A stretch of 61,674 nt of DNA from Octopus bimaculoides (Eukaryota): the NCBI RefSeq assembly GCF_001194135.2, contig NC_068981.1, forward strand, positions 66,519,059 to 66,580,732, written 5' to 3'. Positions 1 to 12,770 of this stretch are shown piece by piece. A model generated the notes under the pieces. That model was given only the letters and a program-made list of their open reading frames with translations. It ran no database searches and was not told the origin of the DNA. The position numbers were made by a program, and so were the translations under genes. How positions within the stretch are numbered: position 1 is the stretch's first letter; each line of letters begins with the position of its first letter.

Positions 1-875
1 TAAAACAAGATCGCCGAATATCATGTCGTCAGATAGCCGAGAGACTGGGTATCTCAACTGAAAGAGCAGACAATATTGTGACAAAAGAACTTGGGTTCTC
101 AAAGGTTTCTGCAATGTGGGTCCCTCGCCTTTTGACTCCTGAACAGAAACGCACCAGGTGCACTTTGTCCACGAACAATCTGGAACTGTTTGAAGCTGAT
201 GAAGAGAATTTTTTTGCTCGTTTCATTACTATGGACGAAAGTTGGGTCCATCACTACCAGCCTGAAACCAAAGAACAATCAAAGCAGTGGAAGCACACAT
301 CTTCTACCCCAAAGAAGGCCAGGGTCATTCCTTCAGCTGGCAAGGTCATGGCGTCCGTTTTGAGGGATTCTCAAGGTGTCTTGCTGATGGATTACCTTGA
401 AAAGGGTCACACCGTGACAGGGCTGTATTATTATCAGCTACTGAAATGCCTCCGAGAAGCAATCAAAGAAAAAAGCCCGGGAATGCTCACCAGAGGAGTC
501 CTTTTTCATCACGACAATGCTCCAGCCCACACCTCAGTGGATGCCATGGCAACAATTCGTGATTGTGGATACGAACTTGTTCCCCATCCGCCTTATTCGC
601 CAGACTTAGCCCCCTCTGACTTTCATCTATTTCCAAAAATGAAAAAAAGCCCTGGCTGGTCGCCATTTTGCCAGTGACAATGATGTCATAGACGCTGTAG
701 GAAGTTTCATGGAGTCCGAAACAAAAGAGTTCTTCTACGCCGGGATAATGGCGCTTCAGCACCGCTGGAGAAAGTGTTCAACCATCGAAGGGGACTATGT
801 TGAAAAATAAATCATCAGAAATCTTGTACCATGTTTTTTTTTTTTTTAAGCTCAAGACTTTTCAGACACTCCTCG
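1..875 (+). mobile_element. Tc1/mariner (DD34D) transposon, 3' part with right TIR; transposase frameshifted
   Basis: ORF 78-677 has WVPRLL, FITMDESWVH, FHHDNAPAH and HPPYSPDLAPSDFHLF motifs. After the A-run at 639-648 the protein continues in another frame (RHFASDNDVIDAV...GDYVEK, TAA 808-810). TIR-like CAAGACTTTTCAGACACTCCTCG ends at 875, followed by TA. The 5' end is outside the window. Confidence 0.92.
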
Positions 876-964
876 TACTTCGCAAGTCTGGTATATGGGC
901 ATGCAAATTTGCTGTATGATAATTTATGTTACATCTAAATGCTTTTGTTTTTCATATTGATTTC

Positions 965-1055
965 AATTTTTGGCACAAGGCCAGTAATTTCGGAGGAAGG
1001 GGTAAATCGGTTACATCGATTCCAGTACTCAACTGGTACATATTTTATCGACACT
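965..1055 (-). mobile_element. tRNA-derived SINE family A, 3' fragment
   Basis: Reverse complement of the tail seen in + copies at 7088 and 8547 (gtcgatgtaa...ggccttgtgccaaaa). Confidence 0.6.
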
Positions 1056-2144
1056 GTTTATACAAATACTGATACTCATAAGGAATTATTCTAGTCTATT
1101 ACTTGCATAAACTTTTAAACAAGTTTACTTTTCATTCAGCTAAAGTAGCACTTATTCTCCTGCATCTTCGTTATACGGTTTACATATAATAAGAATGGGT
1201 TTGCTATTGGTGTCGATGCTTAAGATATTTTATGCTCCTAACATCTTTTTCATCTATTTTGCAGCTGAAATATATCTCACAATGATTGTGTTAAGAGTTT
1301 TCTGCAAATATATGTTACTATGTTCTCAGCGATTTTCAAATGAATTATTGTGATACAATTATTTTAAACTGAATCTGTTTAATTGCTTTAATATCTGAGC
1401 TGGGTTACATTTGGATGAAACACATTTGCTGTCTTACCGATTTGTTTTTGATTATTAACCTGGATAGAACAATAACAACTTGCAGTGAAATATTATCTAA
1501 TTAGTGATGACAATACAGTTATTGATATACTATTCGTCTGACCGTGATTTAGGCTCTGAGTAGCCTAGCAGCACTACTTGGCTAAATTTTATCCCAAAAT
1601 TGCTTGAGTTATATAAATGTGTGTTGTTGCTTAGCATGATGTAGGAAAAATCAAAAACTCATTGACACCACTACTAGATCTGTGGTACATAGTATTTATA
1701 CAAAAGCGGCTTCTGTCAACTAGGTTTTCTTCATTTTTACTTCTGATCGTCACTATGCCATGCTCTTCGAAAATACAAGGACATCGATTGTCCAGTATTT
1801 AGTAACAAGAAACTTTTACATTTTGTGACTCACCATATTACAACAAATGGGATTCCGGTTCATACAAGACCTCATCGTTTTGCTTTCGACAGTATGAAAA
1901 TCGCTATAGTAAAATCCAGCCATATTCTACGGCTTGGCAAAATTTGACCGTCTAACAGCAACTATTCTCTCTTACATATTCTGTCTACAAAAAGCTATGA
2001 ATGATTGGTGGCTTCGCAGTAATTGTAGTGTTTAACTCTAGAACAGTGCCGGACAACATTCTTTTGCTCCTAGACTCTTTTGAGTTATTTTCCAGAGAGA
2101 GAGAGAGAAGTGGGGTGAGGTAACTGCTACGAATTATTTGACAA

Positions 2145-2544
2145 TGTAGTGACAATTTATAGCAGACGACTGTTATATGTTCAATGTCCGGAGTTTTATC
2201 CACGCATGCGCAGGGACTAGTTCCGGAAGGAATACAGGAAGAGTCTCATGCGCATGCGTAGAGTTCGACACCCAGCTTTGGCGCCTTTTCTCAGTCTCTT
2301 CGTTGACTGATCTCCGTCGAGCCAAGACGTCCAACAGAGCTCTCTCACATGTCAGCACCAGAGTTTCACAAATAACCACGGAAATCATTCAGAAGGCATC
2401 TCAGTAACCGAGGGCGACGAGCTACTGAATTCCACTGTAAATAAATATTGTTATGTTGTTCAGAATCTGCGTTCCGTTGTTTCTTCTAGAAATTTAATGT
2501 ACGGAAGCGGTGTACACCTAATGGTGTATAACCAGTTCCCTACA
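2145..2544 (+). mobile_element. Solo LTR (400 bp) with 4-bp TSD
   Basis: Termini TGTAG...CTACA, ACAA at 2141-2144 and 2545-2548, internal AATAAA; 3' part resembles the LTR at 8743-9126. Confidence 0.8.
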
Positions 2545-3362
2545 ACAATATTATTATCGTAAATATGTACTGTGTTGTTAATCAGAATGTTAGTTTAATT
2601 AGAAATGTGGTTGTTTGTTCAAATGTTATTAACTATAAGCTGATGCGTAGTTTTCAATAAAAAACTTGGTTGTTTATTCGAAAATTCTGAGTCACCATTT
2701 GTTGTAGTGTTTCTGAATGTCGGAGCCTGCCAATCATATATTGATTCGTACCTCGAAGTCATCAATTCTAAGAAATTAGAAACGTGTTCGTAAAGATAGC
2801 AGCAATAATGGATTACATACTATTTCCTTTTTTTTTTCTTTCTATTTCCTTTACATTGTCAAAAAGTAGACCTTTTCCGATCTTGTTGGTAAAAAAAATA
2901 ATAATTATGCAACACTTGTGAATACAGATCTGAAATAGAACAGAATTTAAGCATAATAAATGTAACATATTTTAACTTACAACATTGGTCAAGGACGTAC
3001 TTAAGTATTTTTGTATTTTATAGGTTAATTCAAAAATGTGTCGAAGAAACATTTTTTAGTTTTACAAAATGAGCTGTTTAATGTGTTGTAGAAACATGCA
3101 TGCATGTTTTACGAAGGCAATTGAATAATATAATATAAAAAGTGCTATAGAAAACTTATTTATAGAAAATTCACATGTGAAAAATATGTAACGTACATAT
3201 TTTAAATTGATAGAAGTTATTCTTTCAAGGCAAAGACAAAGATTAACTACAAGTTAAATGAGAGGGGAATAATGGAGACGTGAAATGAGACAGCTTACTT
3301 ATGGTTATCGGAAACTCTTAAAAGAAAATTGGAGGCAGAACTGTTTTCCGTTTCAAAAGCAA

Positions 3363-3363
<1 letters not shown>

Positions 3364-3407
<44 letters not shown>

Positions 3408-3817
3408 GTGTTAATTGAGAAAGAAGGCAAACGATGCTGGATTATAGATATAGCATGCCCAGCTGACAACAAGGTATGCGATAAGGAAGAAAGAAAAGTC
3501 GATAGATATAAGAGGTTAGTTTGGGAGGTTAAGCAGTTGTGGTCGCTGAAAAAGGTGGTAGTAGTACCAATAATTGTCGGAGCCCTGGGAACAGTGAACA
3601 AAAATCTCGAGAAGTAGGTGGAACAAATAGGGGCTGCAATAATGGTGAAGCACTTGCAGAAAACAGCACTGCTTGGAACCGCTCGAATACTCCGGAAGGT
3701 GCTCGAAAAATAAGAGGTGTTACCCTAGTTCACTGGTATTGAACAGCTGACACTGTAGTATATTTCCAGCGTTAGAAGCTGTGCAAAGGCAATGATAATA
3801 ATAATAATAATAATAAA
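3364..3817 (+). mobile_element. R4/Dong-clade non-LTR retrotransposon 3' fragment (restriction-like endonuclease C-terminus) in a (TAA)n tract
   Basis: Translates CWIIDIACPADNKV..KVDRYKRL..VVVVPIIVGALG..LQKTALLGTARILRKVL, the R4 RLE pattern, with one in-frame stop; flanked by (TAA)n on both sides. Confidence 0.85.
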
Positions 3818-4947
3818 TGAAAAATGGCTCAGAGGCTACTTTACCCTAATGAACTAAACTATCGTCCGCATAAAGTTGCTTCAAGTGAGTGAAAAAGTTG
3901 TTCTACATATTAGCTGTAGAACTCATTATGAAAAGAGCTGGCCAATGAAAATGAATCTAGGATGAAATTAATTCAGCATGTGAAAATAAAATTAGAAGCA
4001 AAGTGTGCAGAGAGCATGACGACTTAGTATGAAAAGCTTAGCGAGATATCTGAATTCAGAGATAGCTGACGGGAAAATTCAATAATAATATTAGGTGGCA
4101 TATTTTTGATGGGAGCCGGATTCACTCTACAGTTAAGATTATAGGCATTCCGTGATACAAATGCGTTTTACTTTCTTGACTATCATCTGGTTCAATTTTT
4201 TATGCAACTTCTTATAATCAATTTATTAATTGTTGGATTACTGGTTGTGCTCCACAGACATGCATAGGACGTGTGAAATATACCTAGAAGGATTACAGCC
4301 TTCGCTGATTTAACTATGTCTAATGGAAAATGTGTTTGAAGGAATACGCATTTATTGTTGTATCAAAGTATAATTTGTTACAGTGTGCATGGAGAGTGAA
4401 TGGACGTGATGATGAGTAGTTAGATAAGTAGAAAATCAAATTACAACACTAGCTTTTTTACTAGGAGAAATACATTCTTCATTCTCTGAAATATTCATAG
4501 GATTGCTCTGCATATAGCAATCCAATGAATATTTCAGAAGTATAAGGCAGTGAACTGGCAGAATCATTAGCATGACTTTGCTTTTTATCACCCCACCCCC
4601 CCGGATCGATAAAATAAGTTGAACCTTAGCGGTCAATGTAATCGACTTAATCCCTCGCCCGACATTGCTGGTCTTGTGCCAAAATTTGAAACCGATATTT
4701 CAGGAGTATATTTCTGGTTCTGATTCTTTAAAATATATGACAAACAACTTTGGAAATATGCTTTTGCTACCATAGATAATAATCAAGAAATATGGCATGC
4801 ATAACGGTACTTATACAAAGTGATGACATTTATGCTATTTTTGAAAAGAAAAATATTCGTTACATTAAAATAAAATAAAACGAAACCAAATTTCTCATTT
4901 GCATATTTACAAGAGATATATATTGCTTTTCTAAATTTTATCAACAG

Positions 4948-5030
4948 AGGCGTGGTTCTGTGGTAAGAAGTTTGCTTCCAATCTCATGGCTCCAGGTTCA
5001 GTCACACTGCGTTGCTCCTTAGGCAAGAAG
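4948..5030 (+). mobile_element. tRNA-derived SINE family B, 5' head only
   Basis: ggcgtggttctgtggtaagaagtttgctt...ggttcagtcacactgcg matches the head of the full copy at 31047. Confidence 0.6.
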
Positions 5031-5056
5031 TTCATCGTGCACGCGTGTGTGTGTAT

Positions 5057-5534
5057 GGGGCTAAAAAAGGTAGTAACACTGTCCTAATCAGGACTGCTAC
5101 TTTACGTTGACAAGTAGACTTTACTTTGTAGTAATGTTACCACTTATTTCTCGCTCAGAGATTTAAAACTAATCGTTTTTTCTCCTTACGAGATCAGTGA
5201 CTGTGTCAATTTAAAACTATATACCTCGAACAAGGCCTAGTGCCGCCATCTCTAGCCAACGGTTATCCTGTGCCGATGAGGAGAAATAACCCAGAAGCCA
5301 TTGGTCCGCAGGTACGTTTAAGGCTGAGTGGGGACATGAGCTTCTTTGTTCGAGGCATAATGACGCAGTTGTGCGTCGATAGCCAGCCTGAACAGATGTT
5401 TTCCTGGGGCTAAAAAAAAGTAGTAACACCGTCCTAATCAGGACTGTCACTTTACGTTCGCAAATAGACTTTACTCTACAGTATTGTTACTACTTATTTC
5501 TCGCTCAGAGATTTAAAACTAATTGTTTTTCTCC
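5057..5534. repeat. Diverged ~128-bp direct repeat (5057-5185 and 5406-5534)
   Basis: Both copies read ggggctaaaaa..gtagtaacac.gtcctaatcaggactg...cttatttctcgctcagagatttaaaactaat.gttttt.tcc. Confidence 0.85.
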
Positions 5535-5939
5535 ATGTATATGTAAGAACGACCGTGCGAACCAAAAGGAGAAATGGTGACGAATGGAAAAACAGGCTCC
5601 TTTTTAAACGCGTCGCACGGTCGACACAAAATATAATGATATATGTTATAATACTATAACATAGAGAACTAAGAAGTTTGCTAGGAAGGACAAGATAGGA
5701 ACGCAACCGATAAAAATGTATAACAGTAAGATTTATTGGAGCATTAAATTGTATGTCTGTGTGTGAGTGAATGCGACATAATAAAACACAATATAAGACA
5801 GGCCATCATGTAAACAAGAGTGTGTGCAAGTAATATATGTATGTGAATGCAAGAGATATAGAGTATAGATAAGAGTCAGTAACACGGATAAGGAAATACC
5901 AGTTCTTAGTTAGGGTACACAGTAGTTAGTGATAATCTG

Positions 5940-6348
5940 TATGTAAGAGGTTGAGGCGTTAGGCAGTGCTAAGTCACTCGTCGTGAAGTTGGGGCTTCTA
6001 TGCCGGGCCGGATTCTTAATACAGATGGGTTCTCGCAGGTGTCGAATTCTGGCTGTTATTTCGTGGTGAGGCGATTCACACAAACAGGGTTAAGAAGAGA
6101 AGCTGCGGTTGCTTGTGTACGTGGAGAAGTCATGTTGACGCTGGCGGCGATGCTGGTAGTACGTAGTTGAACGATGCTGTTGATGTCGTCGCTGGAACTG
6201 GCGGCTGCTCTGTGTGGTCTACGACCAGATCTTGGAAGATCTGAGCCGCGACGAATTGCCGCGGATAATTTAGGCTATTTATAGGAAAATAGGGGCTCCA
6301 GAGAACGTTAGAAAAATACTCTATCACGTGACCTTATTAGTGACTACG
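5940..6348 (-). mobile_element. Probable solo LTR, reverse orientation
   Basis: Right end reads (C)GTAGTCACTAA on the minus strand, like the TGTAGTGAC starts of the LTRs at 2145 and 8743; CpG-rich; the other end and TSD were not resolved. Confidence 0.4.
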
Positions 6349-6511
6349 GTTGGTCGGTTTGCGTCCTGGCGGCAAATGGAGTGGAGACAATTGCCGCGTA
6401 AATAAAAGTCAGTCAGGTGATGACAACAGCCGGGGGTCCAAGGCGGGAAAGAGATGTTCTCTGGTACGCTCGCATTTGTTTATATATAAACGTGAGAGAG
6501 GTAGTTTCACT

Positions 6512-6546
<35 letters not shown>

Positions 6547-6548
6547 CA

Positions 6549-6627
<79 letters not shown>

Positions 6628-6884
6628 GTNNNNNNNNNNNNNNNNNNNNNNNNNNNNNNNNNNNNNNNNNNNNNNNNNNNNNNNNNNNNNNNNNNNNNNN
6701 NNNNNNNNNNNNNNNNNNNNNNNNNNNNNNNNNNNNNNNNNNNNNNNNNNNNNNNNNNNNNNNNNNNNNNNNNNNNNNNNNNNNNNNNNNNNNNNNNNNN
6801 NNNNNNNNNNNNNNNNNNNNNNNNNNNNNNNNNNNNNNNNNNNNNNNNNNNNNNNNNNNNNNNNNNNNNNNNNNNNNNNNNNAG

Positions 6885-7385
6885 AACTGTTAGAACTTCG
6901 AACAAAATGCTTAACGACATTTCGTCTGCCCTTACGTTCTGAGTTCAAACACTCCGCCGAGGTCGACTTTTCCCTCTCATCCTCTCGAGGGAGGGGGTTA
7001 AATCGATTACATCTACCTCAGTGACCAACTAGCACTTATCGTATCGATCCCGTACCAAAATTTGAAACCATTATTATACATAATAAAGGCGGCGAGTTGG
7101 CGGAATGGTTAGCTCGCCCTATAAAATGCTTAGTGGCATTTCATCCGTCTATACATCTTTGCCTTTCATCCATTTGGGCCAATGAAACAAGTAGCAGTCA
7201 AGTACTGGAGTTGATGTAATCAACTTAACTCCACCCGTAAAATTACTGGCCTTGCGTCAAAATTTGGAAGTAGTATAAGATATATTAAAAGGCGATCAGC
7301 TGGCAGAATCGTTACCTCGGCAGACAAAATGCTTTTCCCCGTCCCCAGAATTTCATGGCTTGTGCTTATACTAGAAAGGATTATT
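6885..7385 (+). mobile_element. Cluster of three tandem SINE family A copies (6885-7075, 7086-7275, 7287-7385)
   Basis: Repeated head aaggcggcgag(c/t)tggc.gaat.gtta, B-box-like gagttcaaa, tail ggccttg...aaatttg. Confidence 0.75.
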
Positions 7386-8546
7386 AGATATATTAATGTT
7401 TCATGGTTATTGTTGATCTCTGCCTTTTAGTAAATGTAAATCACCAACTGTTTCTTTTTATTTATTTATTTTTTTATTTTGTTTCCGTTTTCAATTATCC
7501 CCGTATTATTAATAGACAGAAGATTGGCACAGGGTCGGTCCTGCAGTAAAGTGGCTGGTAATAGGAAAGGTTTTTCATTGTATTTGTGACTGCCACGATT
7601 TTAGAATGGTGTTAGTAGCTGGATGCCCTTCCTATCACCAGCCATTTCACAACATGGACAGGGTACGTTTTATATTTTACGAATACAAGAGAGGTTGACT
7701 TTCGACTCTACACTGTACCAGTTTTTAATTAAAGTAACCTTTATTTCGAACATTATCTTTTTCTTTTTTCAGACTGGTAAAATAGGGAGTATGACAAGGG
7801 GTCAAGATTTGGCCTCATTAATATTAACATGCTATTCCTCTGGATTTCATCAATCCATATTTCTGAACACGATTGTCATTCCCCAACTGTTGCTAATTTA
7901 TAACATCTTCTGCTAGCCGAATGGTCTCTTGTAACTACAGTGCTTATTGAGGATTTGCCAGTATCCTTGTTGTGCGAGCTCCTATTTCTCGTAGCATTTT
8001 GCGTGCCATTACTTAAGCTTTATTTTCTTTGACATTTCTGTCGAGCATGGTCATGATTCAAAGCTAGTTCCTACATTAGTTTGGTAGTTAAGTTTAGTAT
8101 CTTGAACCATTGTTGACTCACTACTATACAGTTCAACAAATTGTCTTTCATCTCATTCTGTCGAGTGAATTTCAGAACTGTGATGATAAATTGGCCTAAA
8201 CGCTTTAAAGCAAAAGGAACCTCAACCATGTGACTCAGCTATTAGAACCCCTACTGAAGCAAATTAAATGCTAAATTGTAAAGTCTAATGTTATTCTTAA
8301 AATTGGAATAATTAAGATGACTTGACTAGCTCAATATCTTTCAAGTATTTCAAGAAACATCACCGTTGAGGGACCTGGACGTTATCATTAAGGCAGCAGT
8401 TACACAGTAACTAATTCATTATGTTTATTTCTCCTCGGAATTGATTCTCCGCAAAATATTGAATTATTTATGTGTAGTATCCTCTCAGGCTGTCATGTGC
8501 ATATCTCAATATTACCATATCTCTTGATATTATTGTCGTCTTCGGA

Positions 8547-8742
8547 AAGGCGGCGAGCTGGAAGAATCGTTAATGCGCCGGACAAAATGTTTTACGGCAC
8601 TTCTTCCGACTTCACCTTCTGAGTTCAAATTCCGCCGAAGTTGACTTTATCCTTTCGGGGTCGATGAATGACGTACCGGTCGATGTAATCAACTAGCCCC
8701 ACCCCTAAGAATTCCAGGCCTTGTCCCTAAAGTAGAAAGGAT
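8547..8742 (+). mobile_element. SINE family A, tail interrupted by a solo LTR
   Basis: Head aaggcggcgagctggaagaatcgtta; tail agtagaaaggat resumes as ggattatt after 9126. Confidence 0.75.
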
Positions 8743-9126
8743 TGTAGTGACGTCACATTGGCGCCAAAAGGCTGACGCCATTGCTGAATCCTTAACCACG
8801 CATGCGTGGGTTTCAACATCGAAGCGTTCCCGCTATTAGACTGTCTCTTACCAAGCCAGACAGCGACCAAGCAAGACGTCTAAGCAAGCTCTCCCATTTG
8901 AGTGTGGTTGAACCAAGTTGTCTCTATAACGACACCAGCTCGAAGAACCGTACATCTACATTTCAGGCTACTCTAAAACCGGACAATTAGAAGCTGTTTT
9001 ATTTTCCACCGAACAATAAATATTTGTTGTTGTTGATCAGTTTGGAGTTTCTGCGTTCAGTTCTCTTCCAATTTAATGTAGGAAAGTTAGGTGTATATCT
9101 AAAGATATATAACCCACTCTCCTAAA
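8743..9126 (+). mobile_element. Solo LTR (384 bp) with 4-bp TSD GGAT
   Basis: Starts TGTAGTGAC, ends CCTAAA (decayed CCTACA), GGAT at 8739-8742 and 9127-9130, AATAAA inside. Confidence 0.75.
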
Positions 9127-9139
9127 GGATTATTATCAT

Positions 9140-9546
9140 CTTTGGCTTCATTTTGTATTTTCTTAGCGCCTCTTATTCTTTCAGTTGCCCGTGCATCTTT
9201 TTGTTCTCGAATTTAATCTTTTGATCTTGCTTCAAATCTTGTCTTAAGCCATTTCTTCTTTCTCTTTGTTCTTCAAGCTTCATTTTGAAGTCTTGTAGCA
9301 GCTTCTTGTCACGGATCAATTCTTTGATTAATATTCTCTTGACTTTCATTACGAACTCAAACTGGCATTCATCGTCTATCCTTCTGTCATTTCTTCTATT
9401 GATCTTCATAAACATTCCGCACTCTAGTTTCTGCTACTCTGATCGCTTATACTTTGATTCTAGCACTCTCTGTCTCTCTCTGTCTGTCTCTCTCTCTCTA
9501 TCTCTCTCTCTCTGTCTGTCTCTGTCTGTCTCTCTGTCTCTCTCTG

Positions 9547-9588
<42 letters not shown>

Positions 9589-9780
9589 TCTCTATTAACA
9601 ACTGTCTCTAGTCTCGCTCTTATTGTCTTTTCATTGAAGCTTCTTCAAATGTCTCTTGGGATCATCCGAGACGATGGCTTCGAGCAACTCAAGCTCTCTT
9701 TTGCTACTGCTGTGTCTCATGTAATCGGCTTTTACTGCACATCGGTTATCAGCTTCTTCACTCCTTCATTCTATGGCTGA
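9140..9780 (-). pseudogene. Degenerate charged coiled-coil-like reading frame of unknown origin, split by a (CT)n tract
   Basis: ORF 9173-9415 (K/R/E/Q rich) extends in frame through isolated stops on both sides; a similar-looking frame lies beyond the microsatellite at 9600-9780. Confidence 0.3.
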
Positions 9781-9829
9781 AAAAATGTTAATCTATTTTA
9801 CATATATGCCTTATAGTTATTAACTTTTT

Positions 9830-10500
9830 CGGATCTTGTTCAAAACGGGGGCACCAGTATTTTTTTAACGAAACACTTTGAAACTTGGGACACTGGTAGA
9901 ATGTGTCATATAAAACATCTTTTTCTCTTAGTCTTCTTAACAAAATAACGTACATCGCAAGTTATTTCATGTTAAAGTTGTCATATTTCTGTAATTTCAA
10001 CCAATGACTGACGTCCATTCAGCCATAAAAATTAAGTGCTGACTACGTAAACAAACGATTCTCGGCGGTGATAAAATTATTATTTCCTTGTCAAAAAATG
10101 GCTGAAGCATATTGGCAGTAGCTAATAAACCTTTCTATTATAGGCACAAGGCATGGTTTTTGAGGGAAGGAGCAAGTCAATTAGGGTTAGGGTTAGGGTT
10201 AGGGAAAACGAACACACGTGTGTTGCCTCTGCAAAATGTCAGAAGTAATGGAGATTAAATACGCTTTACACCGCTTAAAGTGCCAAAGGAGTAAGTGTAA
10301 ACAGCTGAATACTTGTCAGTGATTGGTTGAAATTATCGAAATAAGACAATTTTTTACATGAAATAAATCCGAATACAAAAATTTTTTTCTGTTCTATAAC
10401 ACAAAATAGATAAGTATACGAAGTTTGAAAGTCTTTCGGTACCAAAAACACTACATAAAACATAAATGAAAACTGGTGCCCCCGTTTTGAACAAGATCCG
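9830..10500. mobile_element. Non-autonomous TIR element (671 bp) with perfect 29-bp TIRs, 6-bp candidate TSD and internal (TTAGGG)4
   Basis: CGGATCTTGTTCAAAACGGGGGCACCAGT at 9830-9858 and its reverse complement at 10472-10500; CTTTTT at 9824-9829 and 10501-10506; (TTAGGG)4 at 10181-10204. Confidence 0.88.
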
Positions 10501-10724
10501 CTTTTTCCTTTTCTTTTTATCTTTTTAAAACATTTTGTAATGTTGTTCGTTCTTTAATCCTCTATTTTGCTTCCAGCTATGTGTCGTTCAGAAAGCGATA
10601 ATATTATTTTCTTTTTAATATTAAAGTTGCATCATATTTCCCTATCTCATTTTTTTTTTCAACGTTTTGTGTTTGACCTTCCGTGTTGTATGTGAACGCC
10701 CATGTTATTATGGACATTATATGC

Positions 10725-11135
10725 AAACGGCTGTGTAGTAAGAAGTTTGTTTTCCGACCACGTGGTCTTGGGTTCAGTCCCAACTGCATGGCACCGAGGG
10801 CAGGTGTTTTTCTATCATAGCCCTAGGCCGAACGACGCCTTGTGAGAGGATTTGGTGGCTGGAAACTGAAAAAAGCCCATGTATTATGTGTATGTGTGTG
10901 TGTGTGTGTGTGTGCGTATATCTATCGTGTTTGTATTTGTGTTTGTCACCTATCAGCGCTTGACAACCGGTGCTGTTTTGTTTACGTCTCCGTAACTTAG
11001 CGGTTCAGCAAAAGAGTTAGATAAAAAAATAAGTCCCAAAACTTTAACAAATGAGCACTAGAGTCGATCCGTTTGACTAGAACCTTTCAGACGGTGCCCC
11101 AGCAAGGTCACTGTCCAATGACTGAAACAAGTAAA
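10725..11135 (+). mobile_element. SINE family B, full length
   Basis: Head ggctgtgtagtaagaag...gggttcagtccc, central (TG)n, tail caatgactgaaacaagtaaaa. Confidence 0.75.
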
Positions 11136-12199
11136 ACATAAAAAATAACTAATAACCTACAACTATGTACTAAAAACAATATAAATCCATACCAAATCTA
11201 GCAAGATTCAAAGTCAAATCGACAAATTACCATGTTAAAATCACGGTTTAGTAACAAGTTTTTCATGTGATCGGCCAAATTATGGACCAAGCAACAGCCA
11301 TACATCACGTGATGCATCTTTCTAGAAGCCTCTGAAGTATTCTCCTGATAAGGCCTATAAATTCTTTTATTCTTTTACTTGTTTCAGTCTCATTTGACTA
11401 CGGCTATGCTGGGGCATCAAGAACGTTTTGATCACCAAACTTCAGTTTGTGGTCACCCGCAGCTAAGCTACCCACACATTCATTTTACTGCTTTTAACAG
11501 TCGCTATCATGACTCTCACTCATCCTAGACATGCAGTTACAGTTTACCGACATGAGCCCAATGTGTATATTTTCCCTGTTTCGACAGCTTAAATTACAGA
11601 GCCTTTTTAATCAACTATTTGCTAGAACTACATATTTGTCCTTCCAGCGTTAAATCATTGTTGTCGCAGTTTTTAATTTATGAAACCTGAAATTATTTGT
11701 GCGGTAAAATAACATTCTGTTAATTGTTCACGCGTGATGTGTATTCATTATACGCAGCCTGAACCAAACACGACTACCATCATCTCGTATCTTTCATCGT
11801 TTGTCTTACGTGGCAACCATCCACTACACTCCATGACACAAGAATACATTAAAAAAACTCATAATGCTTATAAAAATTCTATTCAGCTTAATTATAAAAT
11901 CCTAATCTTAAAGGCTAACGTCCATGTTTTATGAACATTGACCTGAAGATAAAGATAATTTTTCATACAATGTCCCAAGCATAAATGAAAGTAATTTAAG
12001 TCCTTGTTAGACTGGTTTTGGAGTGTGAACATTTAAATATATTGTTGTAGATTGTAACGTATGTAACTTACGATATATTACGATGTTGGCTTTACTGCGT
12101 CTAGTTATCCACTGATTCTCGTTTAGCCATTACACATACATACGTACGTACGTACGTATGTACATACATACATACATACGTACGTACATACATACATAC

Positions 12200-12770
12200 G
12201 ATGTTGTCGCTAAAACACTTTACAATGCCATCCGCTAAAAAGAGTGTCCTGAAATAAACTTAGAAAATCCCTCTGTTATGGAATACATTCATAGACACCA
12301 ACTCAAGGAATACTGGTGGAATATTCTCATCAAAACTTCTGTCAAATGTAAGCATAACAGGCAGGATATTGTTGTTTGGGACAGAGGAGTAATGGTATGT
12401 ACCGTCATAGAGGCTAGCTGCCCTACAAACATAAATATCTCTTTAAAAATCAACGGAAAAGGGGATATCTGTGGACAACTGCTTCGAAACCTCCAGCTTC
12501 TATATCCAAACTATGAATTCATACTCATACCAATAATAATTGGAGCACTAGGTTTTGTTAGTAAACGCTTAAAGGAGAATCTGGATAAACTGGGAATTTC
12601 AGAAAGAGAAATCGACCGACTAATTCGTACATTACAAGTGCAATCTGTGAGTGGAACAGTAAAAATATGCAAGACTTTTCACAAGTTCCAAATGTGAATT
12701 TGCCTGTGATAGAGCGATGTATCTTTGTTAGAAGCTGGCTCCCTCCTCAGTGGAAGATAAATAATAATTA
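12200..12770 (+). mobile_element. Second R2/R4-superfamily (RLE) non-LTR retrotransposon 3' fragment
   Basis: ORF 12278-12697 contains KHNRQDIVVWD..IEASCP..IPIIIGALG (PD..E RLE core, decayed); flanked by (TACA/TACG)n and (TATG)n. Confidence 0.8.

Noticed and set aside
1504-1559. C/D snoRNA-like GTGATGA...CTGA
   Set aside because: Too short, no terminal stem, not in a host intron; such motifs are common by chance.
6350-7024. Long ORFs spanning N runs (also 41764-42697, 47933-48808, 56724-57017)
   Set aside because: Open only because N codons are not stops.
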